64,000 bases of DNA from a virus (Duplodnaviria > Heunggongvirae > Uroviricota > Caudoviricetes). Both the position numbers and the translations under genes were made by a program. The stretch covers positions 56,791 to 120,790 of IMG/VR virus record IMGVR_UViG_3300021400_000048. One strand, 5' to 3'. Under the pieces are notes generated by a model. That model was given only the letters and a program-made list of their open reading frames with translations. It had not been told where the DNA came from and searched no databases. This document shows, in pieces, positions 26,294 through 35,379 of this stretch; position 1 is the first letter of the stretch; every line of letters begins with the position of its first letter.

Positions 26294-26309
26294 ATAATTT
26301 AGCAAATAA
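26294..26309 (-). promoter_or_regulatory. class A motif TTTATTTGCTAAATTATATG
   Basis: About 35 nt before the ATG at 26262; directly after the nrdG terminator. Confidence 0.55.
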
Positions 26310-26310
26310 A

Positions 26311-26333
26311 AAAGACAGTAATTAAACTGTCTT
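26311..26333 (-). terminator. hairpin AGACAGT-AATTAA-ACTGTCT + T6 after nrdG
   Basis: Overlaps the nrdG stop codon. Confidence 0.6.
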
Positions 26334-26859
26334 AATTATTATTAGGAATTCCTTCTAAAAATACTTTTTTATTTTGTTCTAATGACTTTTTAACATCAAT
26401 TACTCTTTGATTTCTACTGCCACGCCATCTATTATCATCTGAAATATCTCTTTGCTCTAAAATAAATGGTCCAACGACTACAACATCAATATATTGCATA
26501 ATTTCTAAATCTTTTACTTGTTCCCACTCATAACCTGTATAACACCAGATATCTTTATTTGGTAATTTTTCTTTAACTTTTTTAGCGATATCCAAAAAAC
26601 CATCTATATTGTTTTTGTGAAGTGGCTCTCCACCACAAAAAGTTAAGCCACGATAATACTCATGTGATAATTCTTTAAATAAACTATTTAAAACTGTTTG
26701 ATATTCTGCTTTATAATTTACACCCAAATCAAAGTCCCAAGCATTTTGATTATGACAACCTTTACAATGCAAATCACATCCGCTGCAATAAATTGATAAT
26801 CTTATCCCAGGCCCATCTGAAATTACACATTTTTTAATGTCTAAAATTCTCATAGCCAA
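26332..26859 (-). CDS. nrdG: anaerobic ribonucleotide reductase activating protein (radical SAM; CSGCDLHCKGC)
   Basis: 175-aa ORF, Cys motif, downstream of nrdD; hairpin + T-run terminator follows. Confidence 0.8.
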   Translation of the reverse strand: MAMRILDIKKCVISDGPGIRLSIYCSGCDLHCKGCHNQNAWDFDLGVNYKAEYQTVLNSLFKELSHEYYRGLTFCGGEPLHKNNIDGFLDIAKKVKEKLPNKDIWCYTGYEWEQVKDLEIMQYIDVVVVGPFILEQRDISDDNRWRGSRNQRVIDVKKSLEQNKKVFLEGIPNNN

Positions 26860-27415
26860 CCTCTAAAAATCTAATAAGTAGTGATCCAATAGCATTACCA
26901 ATTATTACAATACCAACTGCTAATAAGCCTTCCCAAGTTAATTCACAGGCACCATAATAGAAGCAGTCGGCAATACTATGCTCCATCGAACTAAGAATAA
27001 ATGCCATTACACAAATTATTACTGGAACACTAGAATCATACTTTTTCTTTAACTGAACAGCCAAATAAATTAAAGCACCACAGCCAATTCCATCAAATAA
27101 TAGTCTATACCATTCTTTTGCAAGTCTTGTATCCATTGCATGAGCTTCGCCTACAAATAGTTTATATAATAATCCACAAATAAAAGCTGTTGCTAAATTA
27201 ACTCCAAGAATAATTAAAGAGTCTAATAATTTTTGTTTATTATTAACATAGCCAATTTTTCCAGTAAATAAATTAGCTTCTAAAATAATTACAGCAATTA
27301 AACCAATACTAAATAAAAAAGCACCAACTATTTTATTTTCACAATTTAAATATATCATGCCAGCTAATGAAATTAATAAACCAGCTAAACTTGATTTTCT
27401 AATTAATTCTAACAT
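26834..27415 (-). CDS. 6-TM membrane protein, 193 aa, between nrdD and nrdG (ECF S-component-like; substrate unknown)
   Basis: ORF track; AGAGGTGAT RBS; class B cassette 27431-27466 immediately upstream. Confidence 0.5.
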   Translation of the reverse strand: MLELIRKSSLAGLLISLAGMIYLNCENKIVGAFLFSIGLIAVIILEANLFTGKIGYVNNKQKLLDSLIILGVNLATAFICGLLYKLFVGEAHAMDTRLAKEWYRLLFDGIGCGALIYLAVQLKKKYDSSVPVIICVMAFILSSMEHSIADCFYYGACELTWEGLLAVGIVIIGNAIGSLLIRFLEVGYENFRH

Positions 27416-27430
27416 TAAAAATCACCTCTA

Positions 27431-27450
27431 TATATTATACAATAAAAAGC
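27431..27450 (-). promoter_or_regulatory. class B promoter TTTTTATTGTATAATATATAG
   Basis: Fused to terminator hairpin 27443-27466 (nrdD stop); 18 nt before the ATG at 27415. Confidence 0.6.
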
Positions 27451-27466
27451 TGTATTTCTACAGCTT
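27443..27466 (-). terminator. hairpin AAAGCTGTA-TTTC-TACAGCTTT after nrdD
   Basis: Overlaps the nrdD stop; its T-run is the class B -10 upstream tract. Confidence 0.6.
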
Positions 27467-28413
27467 TAAATATGCTTTACTCTATCTTCTACTTCTTTTT
27501 GCTTTCCATAATTAAAAGCAGTTTTATAGTTGCCAGTCAAATATCCTGTTACTCTTCTTAATTGTTGTATATTATGACTTCCACATGCTGGACATTTATC
27601 ATTAAATTCACCAGTATAGCCACAGTCTAAACAAGTATCATTTGGAATATTAATTGCAAAATATGGAATATCTTTATCCATTGCATAATTAACTAATTGT
27701 TCTAAGGCTTCTAAATTACCTGTTGCAGCTGAGCTTAACTCAACATAAGTAATACAGCCAGCATTTGAATATCCTGTTAATTGTGATTCAATGTCTATTT
27801 TTTCAAAAGCAGTGACTTTTTCCCAAACAGGAACATGAATACTATTTGTAAAATATTCACGATCTGAAACATTTGGAATTACACCATATTTTTCTTTAAA
27901 CTTTTTCATTGCTGTATAACATAAGTTTTCAGCAGGAGTATAATAAACACCAAAGTTTAAATGATATTGCTTTTTAAATTCAGCGCATCTATCTTTAAAT
28001 AATTGTTCAATTCTCTTAGCTAATTCCATACCTTCAGGTGTACATTGATTTTTGCCAATTAACAATTCAAGAGTTTCAGCTAAAGCAATTTGTCCAATAA
28101 CTAAAGTTCCATGTTTTAAAGCACTTCTAATACCTTGCTCAGGATGATAACCAATCATTGTATTATTTTCATACATAAATTTTGCTGAGCTTGGGCTTTG
28201 AGCACACATATATTCATAACGTTCAATTAACATATCTTTTGCTTCATGAATTTTGGCATCTAAAATAGCCATAAACGCATCAACATCTCTGTCTGCCTCC
28301 ATTGCTAAGGTAGGTAAAATAATTGTGACTGGGGCTAAATTTCCACGTCCATCTTTTGTTTGCGGGTTAACTCCTGGCTCTGCATTAATATCTGCGCCAT
28401 TTGCAGTTCTACA
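27466..28413 (-). CDS. nrdD: anaerobic ribonucleotide reductase, exon 2 (glycyl-radical RVTGYL, C-terminal Zn ribbon CLDCGY...CPACGSH)
   Basis: Exon 2 starts at the CRTANGADINAEPG...DGRGNLAPVTIILPTLAMEA region, which matches the remembered E. coli NrdD MGCRSFLG...DGRNNLGVISLNLPRIALEA. Confidence 0.75.
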   Translation of the reverse strand, partial: CRTANGADINAEPGVNPQTKDGRGNLAPVTIILPTLAMEADRDVDAFMAILDAKIHEAKDMLIERYEYMCAQSPSSAKFMYENNTMIGYHPEQGIRSALKHGTLVIGQIALAETLELLIGKNQCTPEGMELAKRIEQLFKDRCAEFKKQYHLNFGVYYTPAENLCYTAMKKFKEKYGVIPNVSDREYFTNSIHVPVWEKVTAFEKIDIESQLTGYSNAGCITYVELSSAATGNLEALEQLVNYAMDKDIPYFAINIPNDTCLDCGYTGEFNDKCPACGSHNIQQLRRVTGYLTGNYKTAFNYGKQKEVEDRVKHI

Positions 28414-28543
28414 CATGTTCTCAAATATTACTATTTGCACTGACTATATGTTCCATACTTCTGTATGGCCCTCCGCTTGGAACTGGTGCTTATCTCCAGC
28501 TCTACTCCGCTACACTCATCACGGATAGTCGATACACATTTAG

Positions 28544-29149
28544 TTAGATAAAATCATTTTCTTCATAAGCAAATTTATATTTATTCATAAAAGGTGTTTT
28601 TAACATATTCATGCAACGTCTTGTAACAAATTGATGATTTCCATAATTGAAATATCTTCTTGCGTCTTCAGCTGTTTCAAAATGAATAATTTCACCAGTT
28701 TCAATATTTAAACACTTAACTGCGTGAGCATTTGGATTTTTTCCACTCATTTTAGTTTGTCTAATTTTCTCTTTAATATCAAGCATTTCATCTTCAGTTT
28801 TACCTGCATATGTGTTACCACCACAACTAACTAAAGGATCTTGCACATTATAACCTTCTTCAATAGTATTTAATTTGAATACTCAATAATGTTCTCTTTC
28901 AGTTAATTGTTTTCTTGTACAATTTTCTAAATGCTCAAGTTCTTCAATTTGAAAATTATCAACACCATATTTTCTAATAGCTCTTGCAAACTTTGTATCT
29001 ATTTGATATTTATTACCAATAGAATCTTTTTGATGTTTTAATCATCTTCATTCAAGTGTTTTTGTTGTTTGACCAATATAAATTTTTTGATTAATTAAAT
29101 TAGTTATTTTATAAATATAACCAATTTCAAATGTTTTTGCTTTTGTCAT
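28544..29149 (-). CDS. GIY-YIG homing endonuclease (I-TevI-like; GYIYKITN...KIYIGQT; NUMOD3-like KMSGKNPNAH), 201 aa, 3 TGA-Trp
   Basis: Hand translation MTKAKTFEIGYIYKITNLINQKIYIGQTTKTLEWRWLKHQKD...EREHYWVFKLN. The TGA codons sit where I-TevI has Trp (FEKRWKRHFKD, ERENFWIKELN). Own class A motif at 29166-29184. Confidence 0.75.
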
Positions 29150-29165
29150 ATGCAATACCGTCCTA

Positions 29166-29184
29166 CAATTAATTTAGCAAATAA
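29166..29184 (-). promoter_or_regulatory. class A motif inside the nrdD intron, before the homing-endonuclease ORF
   Basis: TTATTTGCTAAATTAATTG, identical core to 20115-20132; about 20 nt before the ATG at 29149. Confidence 0.5.
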
Positions 29185-29318
29185 TTTTAGGGGTGTTGTA
29201 CATTTTTTATCTAACATTTAGCACGGTCTCATCCATTACAGGACCTAACCGTTAGCCGCTTTCGCGACACCCTTTAAGCAAGGTTCGAAGGGTTTTAGAT
29301 GGGCTATAGTTTACGCTT

Positions 29319-30554
29319 ACCCATCGTAGAAAAATATGTTTTAGGATCATTCCTATCATAACCAGCATTATTAGACCAGTCTACATTTGCATAATTTGGA
29401 TATAATCGTTTTGATGTAGATTTTAATGCTAATTGATACATATCATAATTTGGTGTTCCAGGTTTATCATTAACACCTTTCATATATTGGAATATACCAC
29501 AAGGGAAAATTGGTGTTCTATGAAGTTTTCCAACACCTTTTAAACTACCTTCAAGCAATGATTTAATAACCATTCTTCCTTCAGTTGATGTGCAAGTTCC
29601 GTAGTTGATGCTTGTAAATGGCAATTGGTTGCCCGAACGTGATTGTAGTGTGTTTAGATTGTGATACATTCCTTCAACTGCTTGATCTAATTCACGTTTA
29701 GTCATTTTTAAAGCATACTTATAGGCACCTTCATACTTTTGATATTCTTTAGCATCAATTGGTCTATTTATTGCTTCATAGCAGAAAAAAGTATCTTTTG
29801 GTTCATCTATATTTTCAACAAATTCAAGTCCATCTTTAAAATGTTTTGCAAATGATTTTCTAACATAAGGAACCATTGTCCAGTCTAAATGTGTTGCAGA
29901 AACACCACCAAATTGTTGTAAGCTTTGTAATTGGAATATTACAGCAACTAATTGAAATGCTGTATTTACTGAGCTTGCTGGCCTTATATCTGTCTGTCTT
30001 GTATTGAAGCCTTTTGCAAGTAAATCATCAAATGGAATTGATAAACAATTGTGCATTCCAACAGCATAACTATCTAAATCATGAATATAAATTTCATTAT
30101 TTAAATGATTATTTCTTGATTTTTCAGACATACAATAATTTAAAGCAAGTTCTTTCATTAATACTGAATCAGCTTCACCTTTTCTACCACCAAATGAGTG
30201 TTCGTCAACATTCGCGTTCTGATTAACAATATGCATACCAGAAAGCTTATCACCAATTTCCTTCATCATTTTAGACTTGCCTTGTCTAATTCTCGTTCTT
30301 TGGTCTCTATACAAGATATATTGTTTTGCAGTAGCTTTAAACTTACTAACTAATAAAGCATGCTCAACTAAATCTTGAATTTGTTCAACATTTAAATCTG
30401 TAATGTTTTCACATTTACTTACTACTGAAGCTACAATTTTATCAATTTCTTCTTCAGTCATTTCTAAACTTCTACTATTAGCTTTACTAATTGCAGATCT
30501 AATTTTGGAACTATCAAAATCACGTTTAGTTCCGTCACGTTTTGTAATTAACAT
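29319..30554 (-). CDS. nrdD: anaerobic ribonucleotide reductase, exon 1 (ATP-cone N-terminus)
   Basis: ORF 29304..30554 minus its last 5 codons, which are intron; AAAGGTGAT RBS. Confidence 0.75.
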
Positions 30555-30660
30555 AAAAAATCACCTTTCTGGAGTCAGTTATCTGTTAGTCTCCAAATTT
30601 ATAGATAAATAAGACCGCTATCAACATCTTTATTATCAATAGCGGTTAATTTTATTGCAT

Positions 30661-30676
30661 TTAATTTAGCACAAAA
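30661..30676 (-). promoter_or_regulatory. class A variant (TTTTTGTGCTAAATTAAATG) upstream of nrdD
   Basis: One mismatch to the consensus; about 110 nt before the ATG at 30554; followed by an 8-bp hairpin ACCGCTAT/ATAGCGGT in the leader. Confidence 0.4.
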
Positions 30677-30688
30677 ATTTATATAATT

Positions 30689-31363
30689 TTAACTGCAAAT
30701 TTTTGTAAAAGCAGCTTTAAAATCTTGTAGCATAGTTGGTCAACTTGCTTGCACTGTAAGCTGACGCGGGCCAATTCCAAGTGCTTTTAAATTATCACTG
30801 TTTGCTGCAACTAATTTTAATTTTATTGGTAAATTAATATTATATTTAATTGAATTATTATTTCAACTGCCTCTGCGTAAAAATTCATCAAAAGATAAAA
30901 ATGTTAAAAGACATTTTATACTTGCTACACTTTGTTTACCACGCTTATTATTTCACATAGCAAATGAAACAGTTAATTTTCCTTCACTTAAACTATCTCA
31001 AGCTGTATTATAATTAGATCCTAAAATATCACCACCAAAATCAAAAAATCTAGCAGGTCCTAATTTTTCAACAAGCTTATCAGCCATTAAAATATTTGCT
31101 AAACAATATAAAATATATTGACTTGCCGCTGATAAATCAAAACAATTATTTTCAATATTACTTAAGCAGCTTTTAAAAAATCTTGAAATAACACTATCAA
31201 AATCTGTAAAAATTTCTGACATTGCATGAATATTGCCTCAAGTTCCTCACCTGCTGTGTGGAATTTTATTGACATCAATTAAAGAATCTATCTCACTTTT
31301 TAACTTTGGCTCTTCATTTATTAAAAAATTTATAAGATCTATTGGTTGTGCAGGTTTTCCCAT
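30689..31363 (-). CDS. hypothetical 224-aa protein, 6 TGA-Trp
   Basis: ORF 30998..31222 extended by hand; start MGKPAQPIDL; class A motif 31410-31426 upstream. Confidence 0.5.
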
Positions 31364-31409
31364 ACTAATTCTCCAAAATAAAAGCTAAATAAAAAGCTCC
31401 TTTATACTA

Positions 31410-31426
31410 TTAATTTAGCAAATAAA
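31410..31426 (-). promoter_or_regulatory. class A motif TTTATTTGCTAAATTAATAG
   Basis: About 50 nt before the ATG at 31363; after the SPFH gene stop. Confidence 0.55.
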
Positions 31427-31448
31427 GAAGCTTATTATTAACTGTTTT

Positions 31449-32546
31449 CTATGGAATAACTACAGTTGATACATCATCTGAACTCATATATGTTTCTGGT
31501 AAAATACCATTCCATTGTTGAGTATAGTAATACTTAATTAGATTTTCTGCACCAACTTTTAATTCAGCATCAGATACTAATGTTCCATCTGGTTTAACTA
31601 ACGTATTAATACCTTCATTATTTGTAACAACTGTCCAACCATTAATTGAAGCTAGTCTTTGCATTGCAATACTTGCTTCTTTCTTACCTTGATATTCAGC
31701 ACTATCAGCACCAATTTGTGCAACATCTTTGTCTGCTTGTGCTTTAATTCTTGCAACTTCTGCTTCAGCTTCAGCTCGCTTTGTAGCAGCTTCTGCTTCA
31801 GCTTCTGCTTGCAAAATAGCAACTTGTTTTTGATTTTCTGCTTCAGCTAATTTTTGTTCTTGTTCAATTAGAGCTTGTTGCTTCTTTTGTTCTTGAGCAA
31901 CTTTAGCTGCTACTGCAGCTTCAAAATCATCGGTAAAATCAATATTAGTTAATACAATAGTTTTAACATTAACATAATAGCCAGTATTGATACTTGCATC
32001 TACTGTTTGACTGATATTTGCACTAATTTGACTTCTATTGTTAATTACATCAGTCGCTGTATTTTGTGCAAATACTGATTTAATATTATCTAATGCAATA
32101 GATGTAATTTTTGATTCAAGTTTTTCGATTGAACCATATTCAGTAGCAATCTTATCAACTTGTGCAGCATCAATAGTGTATTGTAAATCAGCAGTTACAC
32201 CAATAATCTGATTATCCTTAGAGTAAGTCTGAGTTTCAATATTAATTTCCCTAACCTTAGTATCATACTTTTCATATTTATTAGTAAAATATGAATCCCA
32301 ATGAACACCAGCTTCTCTTGTACCAGTGACCTTTCCTAAATGTCTAACAACTGCAACTTCACCAGTATCTACTTGATGAATGTTACCAGGAATTGCAATT
32401 GTCAAAATTAAGAATAAAATTGCTAAAATACTTCCAGCGATTTTTCCGCCATTACTTTCATCTTCAGCGAATGATACGCCAGCCCAAATACCTGTACCAA
32501 TTGTAGCTAAAATAAATACTACAAATAAAATAATTTTAATAGCCAT
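31449..32546 (-). CDS. SPFH / band-7 (prohibitin-HflKC-like) membrane protein with an Ala/Glu coiled coil
   Basis: N-terminal TM, SPFH-like core, AEAEAEAATKRAEAEAE coiled coil; real TAG stop. Confidence 0.65.
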   Translation of the reverse strand: MAIKIILFVVFILATIGTGIWAGVSFAEDESNGGKIAGSILAILFLILTIAIPGNIHQVDTGEVAVVRHLGKVTGTREAGVHWDSYFTNKYEKYDTKVREINIETQTYSKDNQIIGVTADLQYTIDAAQVDKIATEYGSIEKLESKITSIALDNIKSVFAQNTATDVINNRSQISANISQTVDASINTGYYVNVKTIVLTNIDFTDDFEAAVAAKVAQEQKKQQALIEQEQKLAEAENQKQVAILQAEAEAEAATKRAEAEAEVARIKAQADKDVAQIGADSAEYQGKKEASIAMQRLASINGWTVVTNNEGINTLVKPDGTLVSDAELKVGAENLIKYYYTQQWNGILPETYMSSDDVSTVVIP

Positions 32547-34891
32547 TATTTAATTTCCTTTCGTGCTAAAAATTTTTCTCTCATTGAAATAATATCTGTT
32601 TTATAAGGATATTCTTTTGTTTCAGGATCTCTATCATTTTTATAGCATTCTCTACAAAAACCGTAGAATAAATTCTTTTCAGGAGTTAGTAATGAACCAA
32701 CTCTACTATAACCACCACAGCGTAATGTAGAATCTGCAACACCTCTTAAATGTTTCCAATTATTATAGTATTCAGATTTACATTTTGTCATAAAGCCATC
32801 TTCATCTACAAACACAAAGCCTTCAATATAATTTCCATTATATTTATATTCTTCATCTTGTAATGCATTATATAACTCATTAAATTCATCAAAATCTTTT
32901 AATGTATAAGCTAATTCTTTAACTGGACAACCAATTTCAGTTGCAAGTTGTTTTAAAGCATTATAAGGCATAGTTTCAAACTTTAAGTCATTTCTAATTG
33001 CATCAAGTAAAACTACTTTTGGTTTGTCATATTTAATAATATGTGGGTCATTTTCTGGATCAATACATTCAAATACTAATGACCAAGATAAATTATGCTT
33101 GCCAAATAGCTTTGCAGTTTCATAACAACCTTTAAGTGTTGCTAATAGCTTTTCTTTATAAGGCTCAATAATAGTCTTAATATAACCAGCATAATCTCCA
33201 GTATTAGTTGATTTAGAAGCAATAAATAAATCATCATTCTTATAATCGTAAGAAACAATAGCTAAGAAACCATTTTCTTTAACATAAGCTTGAACTGGGA
33301 ATTTTAATTTAGATCTTAAGTTTACAATATTAGTTGCTTTTGTTTCATTAATTCTGAAAAACTTTTCATATGAACGAGCCATAATTTTATTATTTTCAGT
33401 ATCAATAAATAAACCACGAGCTAAAACTGTTTGTCTATTCCAGTTAGCAGAATAAAAAGCTTCTCTTGTAAAGTTAAATGATGAAATTCCATTTGCTAAT
33501 TGCTTTTCACTTACAAATTGATTTTCTCTTAAATATTTAACTGCATCTTCAACAGTTTCAACTTTAACAAGACCTAATTCTTTTTCTTCTTGTGTAATTG
33601 GTTGAACACTTTCTAATTCAACAGAATTCCATTTATACATAGTATTTAGACCAACACAAATTCTAGAACCTTTTGGAAATGGCCCATCATCTGTTGTATA
33701 GCCATATTCTGGCATATAACCAAGATGTTCTAATTCAACAATTCTTAACTTACCACCAAACTCAACACCACCTTCAAGATTAAATACTCTATCAGCATAT
33801 TGAATAGGATCTTCATTTGTATTTCTGTGACCATGAATTAAATATTGATTATCTTTTGTAGTTGTCATCCAAGTATCTGCAACTGTTGAATAATCTTTAT
33901 ATTGACCTACGCCATTAATAAATGCATATGTTGGAATTGTCATTAATGTCTCTGGAAGTGATGGAATACCGCCATGACAAGCCATAATTTCCATATTACC
34001 CCATTTAATATATGACATTTGACGAAGTTTTGAACAAAATACTCTTGCTTGTTTTGGAGTAATATTCCCAGCAATTAATTCAGGTTTTGTTTTTTCTTCA
34101 AATTCCATTGATTTAGATTTTAATTCATTTCCATAGTCTTTTAAATGTTTTTCATGATTGCCTTCTAATAAACAAACATTTGGTTTATCTTTAATAGACA
34201 TTAAAAAATTGAATACTTCTACATTTTGATGGCCTCTGTCTAAATAATCACCGATAAAAATATATTCAGTATCATCTTTTAAACCATCTTTGAAATCAGG
34301 ATATTGCATTAAAGTATCATAACAGCCATGAATATCACCAATAAAAACTAATTTTCTATATGATGATAAATCAACTGGCTCAGCTTTAATAATATCTTTA
34401 AATTCTTCCGGTTTAATTATAGTAAGACCAGACGGAACAGGTTGAGACTCAAATCTTGCATAAATATTTTTAACTGCTGCTTCTGGAACAATTTTATATT
34501 GGTCTCTCATTTTATTTTGTGCTAAACAAGTTTCAAGTGGAACTGTTGTAAAGTCAACAACATAAATATGATAACGATAAATAGCAGCAATATCTTTATA
34601 TTGTTTTAAATCTTTTGTTTTTGAAGCTGTTGCATCAATAACTGTCATTTCACCACGCTTCATTCTATATTCTAAAATATTGAATAAAGTTGCCCAAACA
34701 GCATTTTCAGTAGCAGGTTCTTGCTCAATACAAAAACTACCATCTGGTTGCCATTTCTTTGAGCTGTGTAAAACTCTTAATTCATCAGGACAAATAGTAT
34801 AAGCTTCTAAATGATTTTCTCTAATCCAAGTAGATTTACCTGCACCAGGAGCACCACGAGTAATAAATAAGGCTCTAATAATAATCACCAC
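32546..34891 (-). CDS. Pnkp-like RNA/DNA end-healing and sealing enzyme: P-loop 5' kinase (GAPGAGKST) + calcineurin-type phosphoesterase (GDIHG, GDYLDRG, GNHE) + C-terminal ligase-like adenylyltransferase (KENG)
   Basis: Motifs in the 781-aa ORF in the order kinase-phosphatase-ligase, as in bacterial Pnkp; alternative GTG start; 8 TGG, 0 TGA. Confidence 0.7.
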   Translation of the reverse strand: MVIIIRALFITRGAPGAGKSTWIRENHLEAYTICPDELRVLHSSKKWQPDGSFCIEQEPATENAVWATLFNILEYRMKRGEMTVIDATASKTKDLKQYKDIAAIYRYHIYVVDFTTVPLETCLAQNKMRDQYKIVPEAAVKNIYARFESQPVPSGLTIIKPEEFKDIIKAEPVDLSSYRKLVFIGDIHGCYDTLMQYPDFKDGLKDDTEYIFIGDYLDRGHQNVEVFNFLMSIKDKPNVCLLEGNHEKHLKDYGNELKSKSMEFEEKTKPELIAGNITPKQARVFCSKLRQMSYIKWGNMEIMACHGGIPSLPETLMTIPTYAFINGVGQYKDYSTVADTWMTTTKDNQYLIHGHRNTNEDPIQYADRVFNLEGGVEFGGKLRIVELEHLGYMPEYGYTTDDGPFPKGSRICVGLNTMYKWNSVELESVQPITQEEKELGLVKVETVEDAVKYLRENQFVSEKQLANGISSFNFTREAFYSANWNRQTVLARGLFIDTENNKIMARSYEKFFRINETKATNIVNLRSKLKFPVQAYVKENGFLAIVSYDYKNDDLFIASKSTNTGDYAGYIKTIIEPYKEKLLATLKGCYETAKLFGKHNLSWSLVFECIDPENDPHIIKYDKPKVVLLDAIRNDLKFETMPYNALKQLATEIGCPVKELAYTLKDFDEFNELYNALQDEEYKYNGNYIEGFVFVDEDGFMTKCKSEYYNNWKHLRGVADSTLRCGGYSRVGSLLTPEKNLFYGFCRECYKNDRDPETKEYPYKTDIISMREKFLARKEIK

Positions 34892-34910
34892 CTTTTATTA
34901 TATTTTCTTT

Positions 34911-34930
34911 ACATATTATTATACAATGAA
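34911..34930 (-). promoter_or_regulatory. class B promoter (CATTGTATAATAATATG)
   Basis: Before the Pnkp-like gene start at 34891. Confidence 0.5.
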
Positions 34931-34960
34931 AAAAGACCTTTTAGAGGCCTTTTTAAAAAA

Positions 34961-35365
34961 TTATTTAACTTTTTCTTCTGCCTTTACATTTTCAATAGCT
35001 TCATCTAACACAGCATCAACTTCTTTTTCAGCAGCTTCTTTAGCTTTTTTCTTTTCAGCAATAAGTTCAGCTTTATGTTGTTTAATATATCTTTCAATGC
35101 ATTTTCTTAAGGCTGGGCTCATTCTTGACCATTCATTCTTACCTAATTCGCCAAAGAAATAAGCTTTTGCTGCAGGTTCAATATTTACAGTACTTGTATT
35201 AAGTCTTGATTGTAATTGTTTTTGTCGCTTAATAGCTTTTAGTGATGGCGTAGGTGGTGCTAAATGTTCTATAGGCTCATTTGAAAATTCTGGTTCAATA
35301 GCAGTTGAATTCTTTTCTGCTTCAATTTCTTCTGGAGTTTTTGTTCTTGTGTCAAGTTCTTTCAT
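34961..35365 (-). CDS. hypothetical 134-aa K/E-rich protein
   Basis: ORF track; real TAA. Confidence 0.45.
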   Translation of the reverse strand: MKELDTRTKTPEEIEAEKNSTAIEPEFSNEPIEHLAPPTPSLKAIKRQKQLQSRLNTSTVNIEPAAKAYFFGELGKNEWSRMSPALRKCIERYIKQHKAELIAEKKKAKEAAEKEVDAVLDEAIENVKAEEKVK

Positions 35366-35379
35366 TTTAGTTTCCTCTC

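Larger units (their letters stand above)
28414..29318 (-). mobile_element. group I intron in nrdD (about 905 nt) carrying a homing-endonuclease ORF
   Basis: GC-rich structured ends at 29318-29160 and 28543-28414 flank the ORF. Exon 1 ends in ...ATGGGT (U before the 5' splice site). The intron ends in G before TGTAGAACT. Joining gives ...YFSTMG|CRTANG..., a 727-aa NrdD. Confidence 0.7.

Noticed and set aside
26834-27415. Formate transporter (FocA) call for the membrane protein in the nrdDG operon
   Set aside because: 193 aa is too short for an FNT-family channel. Only a generic 6-TM S-component-like topology is supported.
27466-30554. Treating 27466..28440 and 29304..30554 as two independent genes
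   Set aside because: The N-terminal piece lacks the glycyl-radical and Zn-ribbon domains. The C-terminal piece lacks the ATP cone. The junction reconstructs a conserved NrdD block, so this is one intron-split gene.
34929-34957. Hairpin terminator upstream of class B site 34911-34930
   Set aside because: The candidate stem AAGACCT/AGGCCTT has a central mismatch, so it is too weak to call.
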